Assembly (NCBI GenBank): GCA_964362865.1
Contig: CAYIGD010000002.1
Location: forward strand, 4,253-68,252
Direction of reading: 5' to 3'
Length of the DNA stretch: 64,000 bases
Source of the DNA: an uncultured Candidatus Saccharibacteria bacterium
Lineage (GTDB): Bacteria > Patescibacteriota > UBA1384 > JAGVHQ01
A program made the translations under genes and the position numbers. A model generated the notes under the pieces. It did not search any database, was not told the origin of the DNA, and saw only the letters and a program-made list of their open reading frames with translations. Positions 1 to 8,413 of the stretch are shown here, in pieces. The number at the start of each line of letters is the position of its first letter. Position 1 is the first letter of the stretch.

Positions 1-37
1 TGGGAATCGTGATTACGTCTCGTAAAAAGGAGTAACA

Positions 38-2026
38 ATGGTACATGCGCGCCTCTACTTTATCGCAGTGTGCATCCTTGCCGTACTGGCGTTATTTGCC
101 TATCTGATATTGTGGCGCCCGATAATTTTCACCAGCAACGTGATTATTGACGGGGACTACTCCGTTGGCCGCCGGGCAGTTGTGATGAAAGGCGGGGCAA
201 CGCTGACAGTTAAAGGCAGCTTGACGGTGAATGGGTACCTTGGTTGCAAAGACGGGGGATTAGAGGTAACCGTTGTCGGCGATTTTGTGCTCAACGATAC
301 AATCGCCTGCCAACGTGTTGTATCAGATGACGCAAGTGCCATTGCTCCCCAAGGGGTGGCCCTTGTCGTCGGCGGATCAGCAGAGTTTCAAAGTAATTCA
401 GTGGTAGCAAGTAACGGCCATGTTCAAATTGTACCCACGGCTGAGGATCTTTTAACCGAACAAGAACTTGATCAAGCATTCGACGAGATCGGTGAAGATT
501 CAGGTGATGAACCTCGGATTGGGCCTCTCGGTTCACTGGGTAAGGATAGCGTACCTGACCAAGGGACGCAGACGCGCTCGAAACCGGTCAGTACATTGAA
601 TCATTTGCCAACTCAAATTCTTCCCGGAAAATCCTCGCTGATTGCACGCGTGCGAGCGCAGGGTCCGATCCAGCGGATCCTCATCGGCGGCACGTTGTAT
701 GTTGGTTCGAGGGACAAGCCGCTCCCGAAATGGATTGACGTGAAAAAACTCCCCAAGAAAGTAAAACGGGTTGTCGTGCGGGCGTATTTCCCCAATGGGG
801 ATGTCGAGTTTAGGGACAAGAGCGTGATCCTTTCACCAGATGGGCAAGACGGCCCTGATATCACAGGTGGATGCGACATCAATGTCCCTAAGCAAGAGAG
901 TGAAGCCGATAGAAAGGCACGCGACGCGATGCGCATGCGGGTGATGGCTCGCAACATTACGATTGGGGAGCTCGATTTGTATTTAGGTGATGGTGGACGG
1001 GGCGGGAACGCAACTACCGATCCAGATTGCGACCCGATCGGTAAAGCGATTGCTGGGCACGGTGGCCAATCAGGCAATTTCAAGATGAATACTGCCACTG
1101 GTGGGGCGCTCAAGATTCGAGGTCCGTTTCGAATTCATCCCGGCGTATCAGGCGCTGGCGGGGCTGCGACCGCGTACGGTAGAGATGGCAAAAACGGTGA
1201 AATCGGTGAAAACGGAAAAGCGGCCATAGCCGCCGGGGGGAATGGCGCGGATAACATCAAGGCTTTACGCGCGCGCGGCATAGCTGATTTACAAAATATT
1301 TACATTGATTCCCTCATTGCTGGTGACGGCGGAGACGGCATCGCGAGCCCGGGCGACGGCGGGGACAGTTCCAAATGTGATACGAAAGGCGGATTGCCCG
1401 GTGCGGGCGGCGCAAGCGGAGGGGCAGGTGGAACAGCGCGGCTTGATTACCCACTTCAGGTACGCGACATTCCCAGTGCGGTTGATCAAGATGGCTTGGA
1501 CGGAAATCCAATCATAGACGACGCAAACCCGGGAGCAGATGGTCCCCCCTGTGCGGGTGGGGATGGGAGAGTTCCAGATAAGACAAGCGTAACAGAGCCA
1601 ACAAAGACACCATCCAAAACCGATGGCGGATCCTCGTCAGGAAATGATGCTGTAAAAACGCCCACTCCAGCGCCGACCCCACCAACGCCGACCGTAGTCA
1701 AAGCCCTGGGCAAATTTGAGTTTCTTGATTCGCAATTCCAGCCGATAATTAATCTCCCAACCAGCTCACAGGTAGCGGTCCATATTATTGTTGCCAGTAC
1801 CGGTGGGAACCCCGATATCCGCCTCTACTTGCCGATTACGCTCGAGCTAAAGTCGGACGGCCAAGTTGTCTGGACTGGCACGATCGCCAATGACCCTGTC
1901 CTGAATTGTCGCGGCGCCGATGGCTGTAGTATGGATGGGCCAACAATCAGTGCGGCTTGGATAAAGAAACAATTGAAAGCGACCGGCAAAAACGGGGAGA
2001 TCCTCGCCACGTATTCCGAGCAGTAA
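38..2026 (+). CDS. Membrane-anchored/secreted Gly-rich surface protein of unknown function
   Basis: 662-aa ORF preceded by AAGGAG; N-terminal hydrophobic helix; beta-rich repeats; GGxGG-rich core; Pro/Thr linker (KTPTPAPTPPTPT); C-terminal beta-rich domain. Confidence 0.75.
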   Translation: MVHARLYFIAVCILAVLALFAYLILWRPIIFTSNVIIDGDYSVGRRAVVMKGGATLTVKGSLTVNGYLGCKDGGLEVTVVGDFVLNDTIACQRVVSDDASAIAPQGVALVVGGSAEFQSNSVVASNGHVQIVPTAEDLLTEQELDQAFDEIGEDSGDEPRIGPLGSLGKDSVPDQGTQTRSKPVSTLNHLPTQILPGKSSLIARVRAQGPIQRILIGGTLYVGSRDKPLPKWIDVKKLPKKVKRVVVRAYFPNGDVEFRDKSVILSPDGQDGPDITGGCDINVPKQESEADRKARDAMRMRVMARNITIGELDLYLGDGGRGGNATTDPDCDPIGKAIAGHGGQSGNFKMNTATGGALKIRGPFRIHPGVSGAGGAATAYGRDGKNGEIGENGKAAIAAGGNGADNIKALRARGIADLQNIYIDSLIAGDGGDGIASPGDGGDSSKCDTKGGLPGAGGASGGAGGTARLDYPLQVRDIPSAVDQDGLDGNPIIDDANPGADGPPCAGGDGRVPDKTSVTEPTKTPSKTDGGSSSGNDAVKTPTPAPTPPTPTVVKALGKFEFLDSQFQPIINLPTSSQVAVHIIVASTGGNPDIRLYLPITLELKSDGQVVWTGTIANDPVLNCRGADGCSMDGPTISAAWIKKQLKATGKNGEILATYSEQ

Positions 2027-2075
2027 CTTTTTTGCTTTTACGGTATTTCCACTACTTTGAAGTACAATACGAACG

Positions 2076-2525
2076 ATGATGAAATTAGTTTCGCCAGATA
2101 TCGGCCACGAAAAGCCTATCATTGCTCAGTTTACCTGCGATGGGAAAAATATCGGGCCTATCCTTGCGATTGAAGGTGTTCCGAAAAGTACAAAAGCTTT
2201 TGCATTAATTCTGCACGACCCCGATGCGGTGAACGGCGACTTTCTGCACTGGAGCGTTTGGAACATTCCGCCCGATACTAAAACCTTTTCCGCGCAGAGT
2301 TTGCCACCCGGATGCCAAGAGGGTACAACTGATTTTAGCAAAGTTGGTTACGGCGGCCCCTGCCCCCCGAGCGGTACCGGAACGCATCGGTATATGTTTG
2401 AACTGTATGCGCTGCGGGAATTGCTTCAATTACCAGAGGGATCAGATCGAAAGACACTCGAAAACGCGCTTGCGACACGCGCGATCGAAAAGACGGTTCT
2501 AACCGGCCTCTATAGTCGAATGTAA
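2076..2525 (+). CDS. YbhB/YbcL family PEBP (Raf kinase inhibitor-like) protein
   Basis: DPDA, FLHW, GYGGPCPP and HRYxFxLYAL motifs. Confidence 0.93.
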   Translation: MMKLVSPDIGHEKPIIAQFTCDGKNIGPILAIEGVPKSTKAFALILHDPDAVNGDFLHWSVWNIPPDTKTFSAQSLPPGCQEGTTDFSKVGYGGPCPPSGTGTHRYMFELYALRELLQLPEGSDRKTLENALATRAIEKTVLTGLYSRM

Positions 2526-2543
2526 CAGGTTGCGCTACGATAT

Positions 2544-3059
2544 ATGCACGCAATGATTAAGATTCGCTTTTTTCCGCGGAAAGCATTTACGCTTGTTGAA
2601 CTATTAGTTGTTGTCGCTATAATTGCACTTCTCGCATCACTCATACTTTTTGTCGTCAGCGGGGCAAGGGCAAAAGCGCGCGACAGCGTACGTAAATCGG
2701 AAATCAGCCAGATCGGACAATTCATGTCTCTCTCGTGTTTTGTGCCCCAAGCGGGCGCGGGCGAGTACGACCTAGCAGAAATCGCCCAAGAACTGAAAAC
2801 AAAATACACGGGTTTTGAGCGGTTGTTTAAGAGAATCCCGAAAGACCCGCGGATTGGTACGGATGCACAAACATTTTACCGTTATCTGGTAACTGACGGG
2901 GGTTCTGGTTGCGCGATGTACGCCAATTTAGAAAACAAAAATGAGCCAGTCACGTTGCCCGAACTTACGAACCCTACCGCCGGCGGTGGAAAGGGAGTAT
3001 TCCAGGCAGCCGTTGAGGGCTGGAATAATTCTGACCGCTTTTTTCAGGACTCTAACTAA
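2544..3059 (+). CDS. Type IV pilin / pseudopilin-like protein (start may be 2553)
   Basis: Class III signal KA|FTLVELLVVVAII followed by ARAKARD..R; 1-nt overlap with leuS. Confidence 0.88.
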   Translation: MHAMIKIRFFPRKAFTLVELLVVVAIIALLASLILFVVSGARAKARDSVRKSEISQIGQFMSLSCFVPQAGAGEYDLAEIAQELKTKYTGFERLFKRIPKDPRIGTDAQTFYRYLVTDGGSGCAMYANLENKNEPVTLPELTNPTAGGGKGVFQAAVEGWNNSDRFFQDSN

Positions 3060-5485
3060 TGGAGCGCTATCGTCCGCAAGAAATCGAAGAAAAATGGCGT
3101 AAGACTTGGGAGCGGGAAAAGCTTTACCGAACTGCCAAAGACCCCAAGAAAAAATATTACTGTTTAGATATGTTCCCCTATCCCTCGGGAGATGGGCTGC
3201 ACGTTGGGCACTGGCGCGGGTACGTACTTTCGGACATGTGGGCGCGTTACCAAAAGATGCGCGGGTATGACGTACTGCATCCGATCGGCTTTGACGCATT
3301 TGGTTTGCCGGCCGAAAATGCGGCGATTCAACGTAAATCCCATCCGAAAAAATTTACGCAAGAAGCGATCGGGCGTATTCGTGGACAACTCAAAGAAATC
3401 GGTACGCTGTATGATTGGGAACGTGAAATTATCACGAGCGATCCCGCCTATTACAAATGGACGCAGTGGCTTTTTCTTATGCTGTATAAACAGGGCCTTG
3501 CCTACCGTAAAAAAGCGCTGGTGAATTGGTGCCCTTCAGACCAAACTGTTCTGGCCAATGAACAGGTTGTGGACGGAAAGTGCGAGCGCTGCGATACGGC
3601 CGTTGAAAAACAAGAGCGCGAGCAGTGGTTTTTCAAGATTACAAAGTATGCCCAAGAATTACTAAATGATTTAGAAAAACTGGAGTGGCCAGAACGAGTA
3701 AAGACCCTGCAGCGTAATTGGATCGGACGCTCTGAGGGCGCGTTATTGAGCTTTGCGATTGCAGATACTAAGGAAAAAATTGAAGTGTTTACTACTCGAC
3801 CGGATACGCTTTTCGGCTGCACATATCTCGTGCTAGCCCCCGAGCATCCGCTTCTTGAAAAAATTACTCTTGCTGCAAATAAACCAAGCGTTGCAGCATA
3901 TCGTAAAACGGCAAGCGCGCTTTCGGAGCTGGAGCGTGTGGCGGAAAAGCGCGAGAAAACGGGAGTTAATCTTGGAGCTTTCGCATTGCATCCCGTAACG
4001 AAAGAGAAACTTCCCATTTTTGTGGCTGATTATGTTGTGATGGGCTACGGTACGGGCGCGATTATGGCCGTGCCCGCGCACGACCTGCGTGATTTTGAGT
4101 TTGCTAAAAAATATAACCTACCGATCAAATTAATCATTGATCCAGTTGTAATGATTTTTCATTCAGGAACTGACAACCACGCTACATTATCAGGAAAAGA
4201 GAAAGAGCCATTCTATCAGGGAGAAAAATGTTATCCCCATCACGGACGAATAATAAATTCGCCATTATTTGAAGGGTATGACTCTTTGGCGAATAAACAT
4301 GAGATTATTTCTATTATCGAAGATAAAAAGATTGGAGAACGAAAAATTATTTATCGCCTGCGCGACTGGCTGATTTCACGCCAGCGCTATTGGGGCGCGC
4401 CGATCCCGATTGTCTATTGTCAAAAGTGCGGCATTCAGCCGGTTGCCGAAAAAGACCTGCCCGTTATTCTGCCGCACGACGCGGATTTTAAGCCTACCGG
4501 CGAATCCCCGCTTGCTCGGCATGCGACTTTTACGAAAACAACGTGCCCGAATTGCAACGGTACGGCGCGGCGCGAAACGGACACAATGGACACGTTTGTG
4601 GACTCCTCGTGGTATTTTTTACGCTATACCGACCCGTACAATACAACAGAAGCATTTTCTCAAGAAGAGCTTAAAAAATGGCTACCTGTAGATATGTACG
4701 TGGGCGGGATCGAGCATGCCATCCTGCACCTTCTATACGCGCGTTTTATTACGAAAGCACTTGCGGATGCTAAGCTCGTTGGGTTCCGAGAACCTTTCAC
4801 GCGCCTGTTTAATATCGGGATTGTGTATTTGCATGGGGCAAAAATGAGCAAGTCGAAGGGTAACGTGGTGAATCCCGATGAGCTCGTCGCGCACTTTGGC
4901 GCAGACACGCTGCGGGGATACGAACTATTTCTGGGTCCGGCGGATAAAGATGTGGAATGGAATCCGCGCGCGATAACGGGAATCTATCGGTTTCTTGAGC
5001 GAATATGGGAGATTAGCGGAAACGTTGGGGACCACACTGATTCGCCTGCGCGCACGAAAAAACTTATTTTTGAGGTGACGCGCGAAATCGAAGGCCTGCG
5101 GCCCAATACCGCCCTTGCGCGCCTCATGTCGATCAGTCATGACTACGCTCACAACACACCGAACAAAGCGGAATTTGCACTTTATGTGCAACTGTTGGCG
5201 CCGTTTTTCCCACATCTTGCCGAAGAGCTGTGGCATGCTCTTGGAAAATCAGATTCAATTTTTAACTCCCGCTGGCCAGAAGGAGAAGAACATCTCGATG
5301 GGCAGTTAACGATTGTGGTGCAAGTAAACGGCAAGTTGCGCGCGACGGTTGCTCTACCCCGCGACATTACACGTAAAGCATTAGAGGAGCGCACACGTGC
5401 GGGTATTGAGCGTCACATTCAGGGCAAATCGGTGAAAAAAGTAATTGTCGTAGATGGTCGTCTAGTTAATTTTGTAGTACAGTAA
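3059..5485 (+). CDS. leuS: Leucine--tRNA ligase
   Basis: MFPYPSG, HVGH (HIGH-like), FTTRPDT editing motif, KMSKS, C-terminal VQVNGK. Confidence 0.98.
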   Translation: MERYRPQEIEEKWRKTWEREKLYRTAKDPKKKYYCLDMFPYPSGDGLHVGHWRGYVLSDMWARYQKMRGYDVLHPIGFDAFGLPAENAAIQRKSHPKKFTQEAIGRIRGQLKEIGTLYDWEREIITSDPAYYKWTQWLFLMLYKQGLAYRKKALVNWCPSDQTVLANEQVVDGKCERCDTAVEKQEREQWFFKITKYAQELLNDLEKLEWPERVKTLQRNWIGRSEGALLSFAIADTKEKIEVFTTRPDTLFGCTYLVLAPEHPLLEKITLAANKPSVAAYRKTASALSELERVAEKREKTGVNLGAFALHPVTKEKLPIFVADYVVMGYGTGAIMAVPAHDLRDFEFAKKYNLPIKLIIDPVVMIFHSGTDNHATLSGKEKEPFYQGEKCYPHHGRIINSPLFEGYDSLANKHEIISIIEDKKIGERKIIYRLRDWLISRQRYWGAPIPIVYCQKCGIQPVAEKDLPVILPHDADFKPTGESPLARHATFTKTTCPNCNGTARRETDTMDTFVDSSWYFLRYTDPYNTTEAFSQEELKKWLPVDMYVGGIEHAILHLLYARFITKALADAKLVGFREPFTRLFNIGIVYLHGAKMSKSKGNVVNPDELVAHFGADTLRGYELFLGPADKDVEWNPRAITGIYRFLERIWEISGNVGDHTDSPARTKKLIFEVTREIEGLRPNTALARLMSISHDYAHNTPNKAEFALYVQLLAPFFPHLAEELWHALGKSDSIFNSRWPEGEEHLDGQLTIVVQVNGKLRATVALPRDITRKALEERTRAGIERHIQGKSVKKVIVVDGRLVNFVVQ

Positions 5486-5558
5486 ATATACTGATTCATA
5501 CCGGTTTGGATTGCATGCCTTTGTGTCCAGGCCCCAGTGAGCCAGCAAGGAGAACGCA

Positions 5559-5738
5559 ATGGCAATGCCAAAGAAGCAGATGACCCGGACGCGGTCCGGC
5601 GGTCGCCGCAGCCAAATCCGGCTGCTCGCCCCAGCTCTTACAACGTGTCCCAACTGCCGCAGCGCGATGTACCCGCACCGCGTATGCACGAGGTGTGGCA
5701 TGTACCGCGGGAGAGTTGTGCTTAAGAAACAAAAATGA
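5559..5738 (+). CDS. rpmF: 50S ribosomal protein L32 (not in ORF track)
   Basis: Hand translation MAMPKKQMTRTRSGGRRSQ...CPNC...PHRVCTRCGMYRGR (59 aa); AAGGAG SD; ATGA overlap with nusB. Confidence 0.93.
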   Translation: MAMPKKQMTRTRSGGRRSQIRLLAPALTTCPNCRSAMYPHRVCTRCGMYRGRVVLKKQK

Positions 5739-6178
5739 ACCGGCATCTTTCGCGCATGATCCTTATGCAGTCGCTCTACGAATGGGATGTGCGACCGAGC
5801 GAAAAACTGGATGAAATAATTGAACGCAACATCGCTCAATACGACGCAGAGGTTGATTTGGATTTCATCAATTCGCTTAAGCTTGGAATCCAAAAAGATC
5901 ATGATAAAATTGATGCCCTATTGATGAAAGCCGCGCCAGAATGGCCGATTGATCAAGTAGCGGTGATTGATAAGGTTATCCTGAGGATTTCGATTTACGA
6001 GCTTTTGTTTGACAACCAAGTTCCTGCAAAGGTTGCAATCAATGAAGCCGTGGAACTGGCGAAATCATTTGGGGGGGAGAACTCATCGAAATTTGTAAAT
6101 GGTGTGCTCGGGACACTCTATCGTGAAAGTGATCGCTTCGTTGCGGAGGATGATGTTAAAGACCGAGCTACTAACTAA
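5735..6178 (+). CDS. nusB: Transcription antitermination factor NusB
   Basis: IDKVILRISIYE, VAINEAVELAKSFG, FVNGVLG. Confidence 0.96.
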   Translation: MNRHLSRMILMQSLYEWDVRPSEKLDEIIERNIAQYDAEVDLDFINSLKLGIQKDHDKIDALLMKAAPEWPIDQVAVIDKVILRISIYELLFDNQVPAKVAINEAVELAKSFGGENSSKFVNGVLGTLYRESDRFVAEDDVKDRATN

Positions 6179-6860
6179 AATCGAACCGTTTCAAAAAAAG
6201 ATTCGGCACGCGTTCCGCGATCCAATGCTTTTGCTGCAGGTATTTTTACATCGTTCGTATCTGAATGAGCATCGTGATTTTCAACTTGAGCATAACGAAC
6301 GACTCGAGTTTTTAGGGGATGCCGTTTTGGAGCTGATTGTAACTGAACACCTGTATCTTACATACCCTAATCCTGAGGGTGAGCTTACTAACTGGAGAAG
6401 CGCTTTGGTAAAAGGCGAAACTCTTTCGGAAGTTGCGCGCGAGCTTGGGATCGAAGAATACCTCCTACTTTCAAAGGGAGAATCCAAGAGCCATGGTAAG
6501 GCACGGCAACTCATATTAGCCAACGCGTTTGAAGCATTGGTAGGGGCGCTTTATTTGGACGCGGGATTTAAAGGAACAAAAAGCTTCATCAAGCGCGTAT
6601 TGATCGTGCGCCTGGAAGAAATCTTCTCAAAGCAGCTTTATATTGACCCCAAAAGTAAATTACAAGAATTAATGCAAGAATTGCGCGGTCAGACTCCACT
6701 GTATCGCGTCTTAAAAGAAATCGGGCCGGATCATAATAAAGTATTTACTGTCGGCGTGTATGTTAAGCGTGAATTACTTGGAAAAGGTGAAGGTGCTTCA
6801 AAGAATAAAGCGCAGCAAGCAGCGGCAAAAATAGCACTTGATAACTTTGAACGCAATTAG
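6150..6860 (+). CDS. rnc: Ribonuclease III
   Basis: NERLEFLGDAVL signature; dsRBD (DPKSKLQE...GPDHNKVF); likely ATG at 6150. Confidence 0.97.
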   Translation: MMLKTELLTKIEPFQKKIRHAFRDPMLLLQVFLHRSYLNEHRDFQLEHNERLEFLGDAVLELIVTEHLYLTYPNPEGELTNWRSALVKGETLSEVARELGIEEYLLLSKGESKSHGKARQLILANAFEALVGALYLDAGFKGTKSFIKRVLIVRLEEIFSKQLYIDPKSKLQELMQELRGQTPLYRVLKEIGPDHNKVFTVGVYVKRELLGKGEGASKNKAQQAAAKIALDNFERN

Positions 6861-7567
6861 CTCCCTCGCGCAAGTGGGCGGAGTTTTTCGTAGAGGGCAA
6901 ATGCCTTTGTGGCCGGCCAATCTTTGGGTAAGAGTGATTCTTCAATATTGGGATTAGAACCAGTGATAAGTGCGAAATCGAAAATCAGTTCTTTCGCGCT
7001 CATTCGAGTGTTTTCAGATCCACCTTTTTTTAACAGAGTCCCAGCGGCACGATTAAAGCGATTGTAACGGCTTGCAAGTTTCTTTATGTTCCATACTCGG
7101 GCAATGATTGTGGGCTGCACGTCCCATTTTGAGACTGATAAAATATGAATTCGGTGGGAAAGATTATGTTTGAGCGCAAATTGTTCAATTTTTTCGGTAT
7201 TGCCGATTGTTGAAATCCAAACGCTCGGTTGTAATGTTCCGTATCCAAGATGAGTAAGGAGTGCGCGTAACTGGGCCCGGAGTCCACGGCGTTTTTCCGG
7301 GATGTCAAACATTACGAATGTCCAGTGATCACTGATGGGTTTATCCCGTAATTGGCTTAACGTTGAATCAATGAATTGTTGACCTGCAGGTGTGAGTACA
7401 TATTTTTTTTGGTTCGTTTCAACAGTTTTTTTTACCCACCCCCTCTTCTCAAGCTGCCCGAGCGCACCGTATATCTTGCGAGAAGGCGCAAGGCGTGTGA
7501 GTTCGATCTCCACCATTGCCTTTGCGTCTTCAAGGTGGATTAAGATTTCATACGTTAAATTAAGCAT
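6857..7567 (-). CDS. PaaX-like transcriptional regulator
   Basis: N-terminal wHTH; central WTFVMFDIPEKRR...LQPSVW; C-terminal LLPKDWP. Confidence 0.85.
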   Translation of the reverse strand: MLNLTYEILIHLEDAKAMVEIELTRLAPSRKIYGALGQLEKRGWVKKTVETNQKKYVLTPAGQQFIDSTLSQLRDKPISDHWTFVMFDIPEKRRGLRAQLRALLTHLGYGTLQPSVWISTIGNTEKIEQFALKHNLSHRIHILSVSKWDVQPTIIARVWNIKKLASRYNRFNRAAGTLLKKGGSENTRMSAKELIFDFALITGSNPNIEESLLPKDWPATKAFALYEKLRPLARGS

Positions 7568-7602
7568 AGCCCAACACTATATGCTTAATGGACGCCCGTC
7601 AA
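7559..7602 (-). promoter_or_regulatory. Sigma70-type leaderless promoter of the PaaX-like gene with overlapping 10-bp inverted repeat
   Basis: TTGACG-17nt-TAGTGT-6nt-ATG; ATTAAGCATA (7559-7568) / TATGCTTAAT (7580-7589). Confidence 0.65.
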
Positions 7603-7603
7603 G

Positions 7604-8413
7604 TTAGTTCTGCAATATTCCTTGGCGTAGCAACTGGTTCAATAACAAAGAAGTTTGTTGGAAGCGTTCTGCCTGGGTGGGTGTGCCCATCACAAGGGTA
7701 ATGATCGCAGGATCTGATTCGGTAAGGCCGAGCAAGTGAGCTCCAGTTTCAGGTAAATAGCCCGTTTTTATCCCTGAAAGTCCCTTACCGAGAAGTTGAT
7801 TTGTGCTTGAGTAAACTCGATTTTCGAACGTGAATGTTTTCTGAGAGACAATTTCTTTGAGCAAGGGGTTTCGCACTACAAGAGCGCCGATTAATAGCAT
7901 ATTTTGAACAGAGCTTATGTTGTGCGGATTAAGTCCGGTTGGCTCGACGATTTCAGTTGCAGTTAAACCGAGTTGTTGCGGAAGTTCTCGAGCAGCAGAA
8001 AAATTAACGCTTCCAAGAATTGCAGCGGCGTCGTTGCCGGATGAGATGAGGGTGGCCTGCAATGCATCGGAAAACGTAATGTTTGATTTTGGTATAAACC
8101 CAATCAAGGGAGCAGGAGTTGGCAGTTCTTCTGGTACCAAAAGCTGATCTGGGTGCGAGGTGTTTTTCAAGGCGGCCAGTGCCGTGAATAATTTTGTAAG
8201 ACTTGCGATTCCGATTGCATCCTGTGAAGAAGAGATGATTTGACCGCTTTGGGGAATATATACACCCCACAGTGGAGCATCCACAGTGAGCGCCGGCTTA
8301 TTAATGATTGATTTTGAATATGAAAAGCGATTTTGAGCAGGGACTGGTTTTGCGGGGAAATTAGTAAGAAGCAGTATCAGGGTTAGGGCGGTGAGCGCAC
8401 CGATTTTTATCAT
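7604..8413 (-). CDS. D-alanyl-D-alanine carboxypeptidase (peptidase S11)
   Basis: Signal peptide; SxxK (ASLTK), SxN (SGN) and KTG motifs. Confidence 0.9.
   Translation of the reverse strand: MIKIGALTALTLILLLTNFPAKPVPAQNRFSYSKSIINKPALTVDAPLWGVYIPQSGQIISSSQDAIGIASLTKLFTALAALKNTSHPDQLLVPEELPTPAPLIGFIPKSNITFSDALQATLISSGNDAAAILGSVNFSAARELPQQLGLTATEIVEPTGLNPHNISSVQNMLLIGALVVRNPLLKEIVSQKTFTFENRVYSSTNQLLGKGLSGIKTGYLPETGAHLLGLTESDPAIITLVMGTPTQAERFQQTSLLLNQLLRQGILQN

Noticed and set aside
5537-5725. 62-aa ORF from the track between leuS and nusB
   Set aside because: Wrong frame; rpmF (5559-5738) occupies this space
6857-7567. Cas2-like motif (FDIPE...LQPSVW) suggesting CRISPR-Cas
   Set aside because: It is the central domain of a wHTH PaaX-like protein; no cas1 or repeat array was seen
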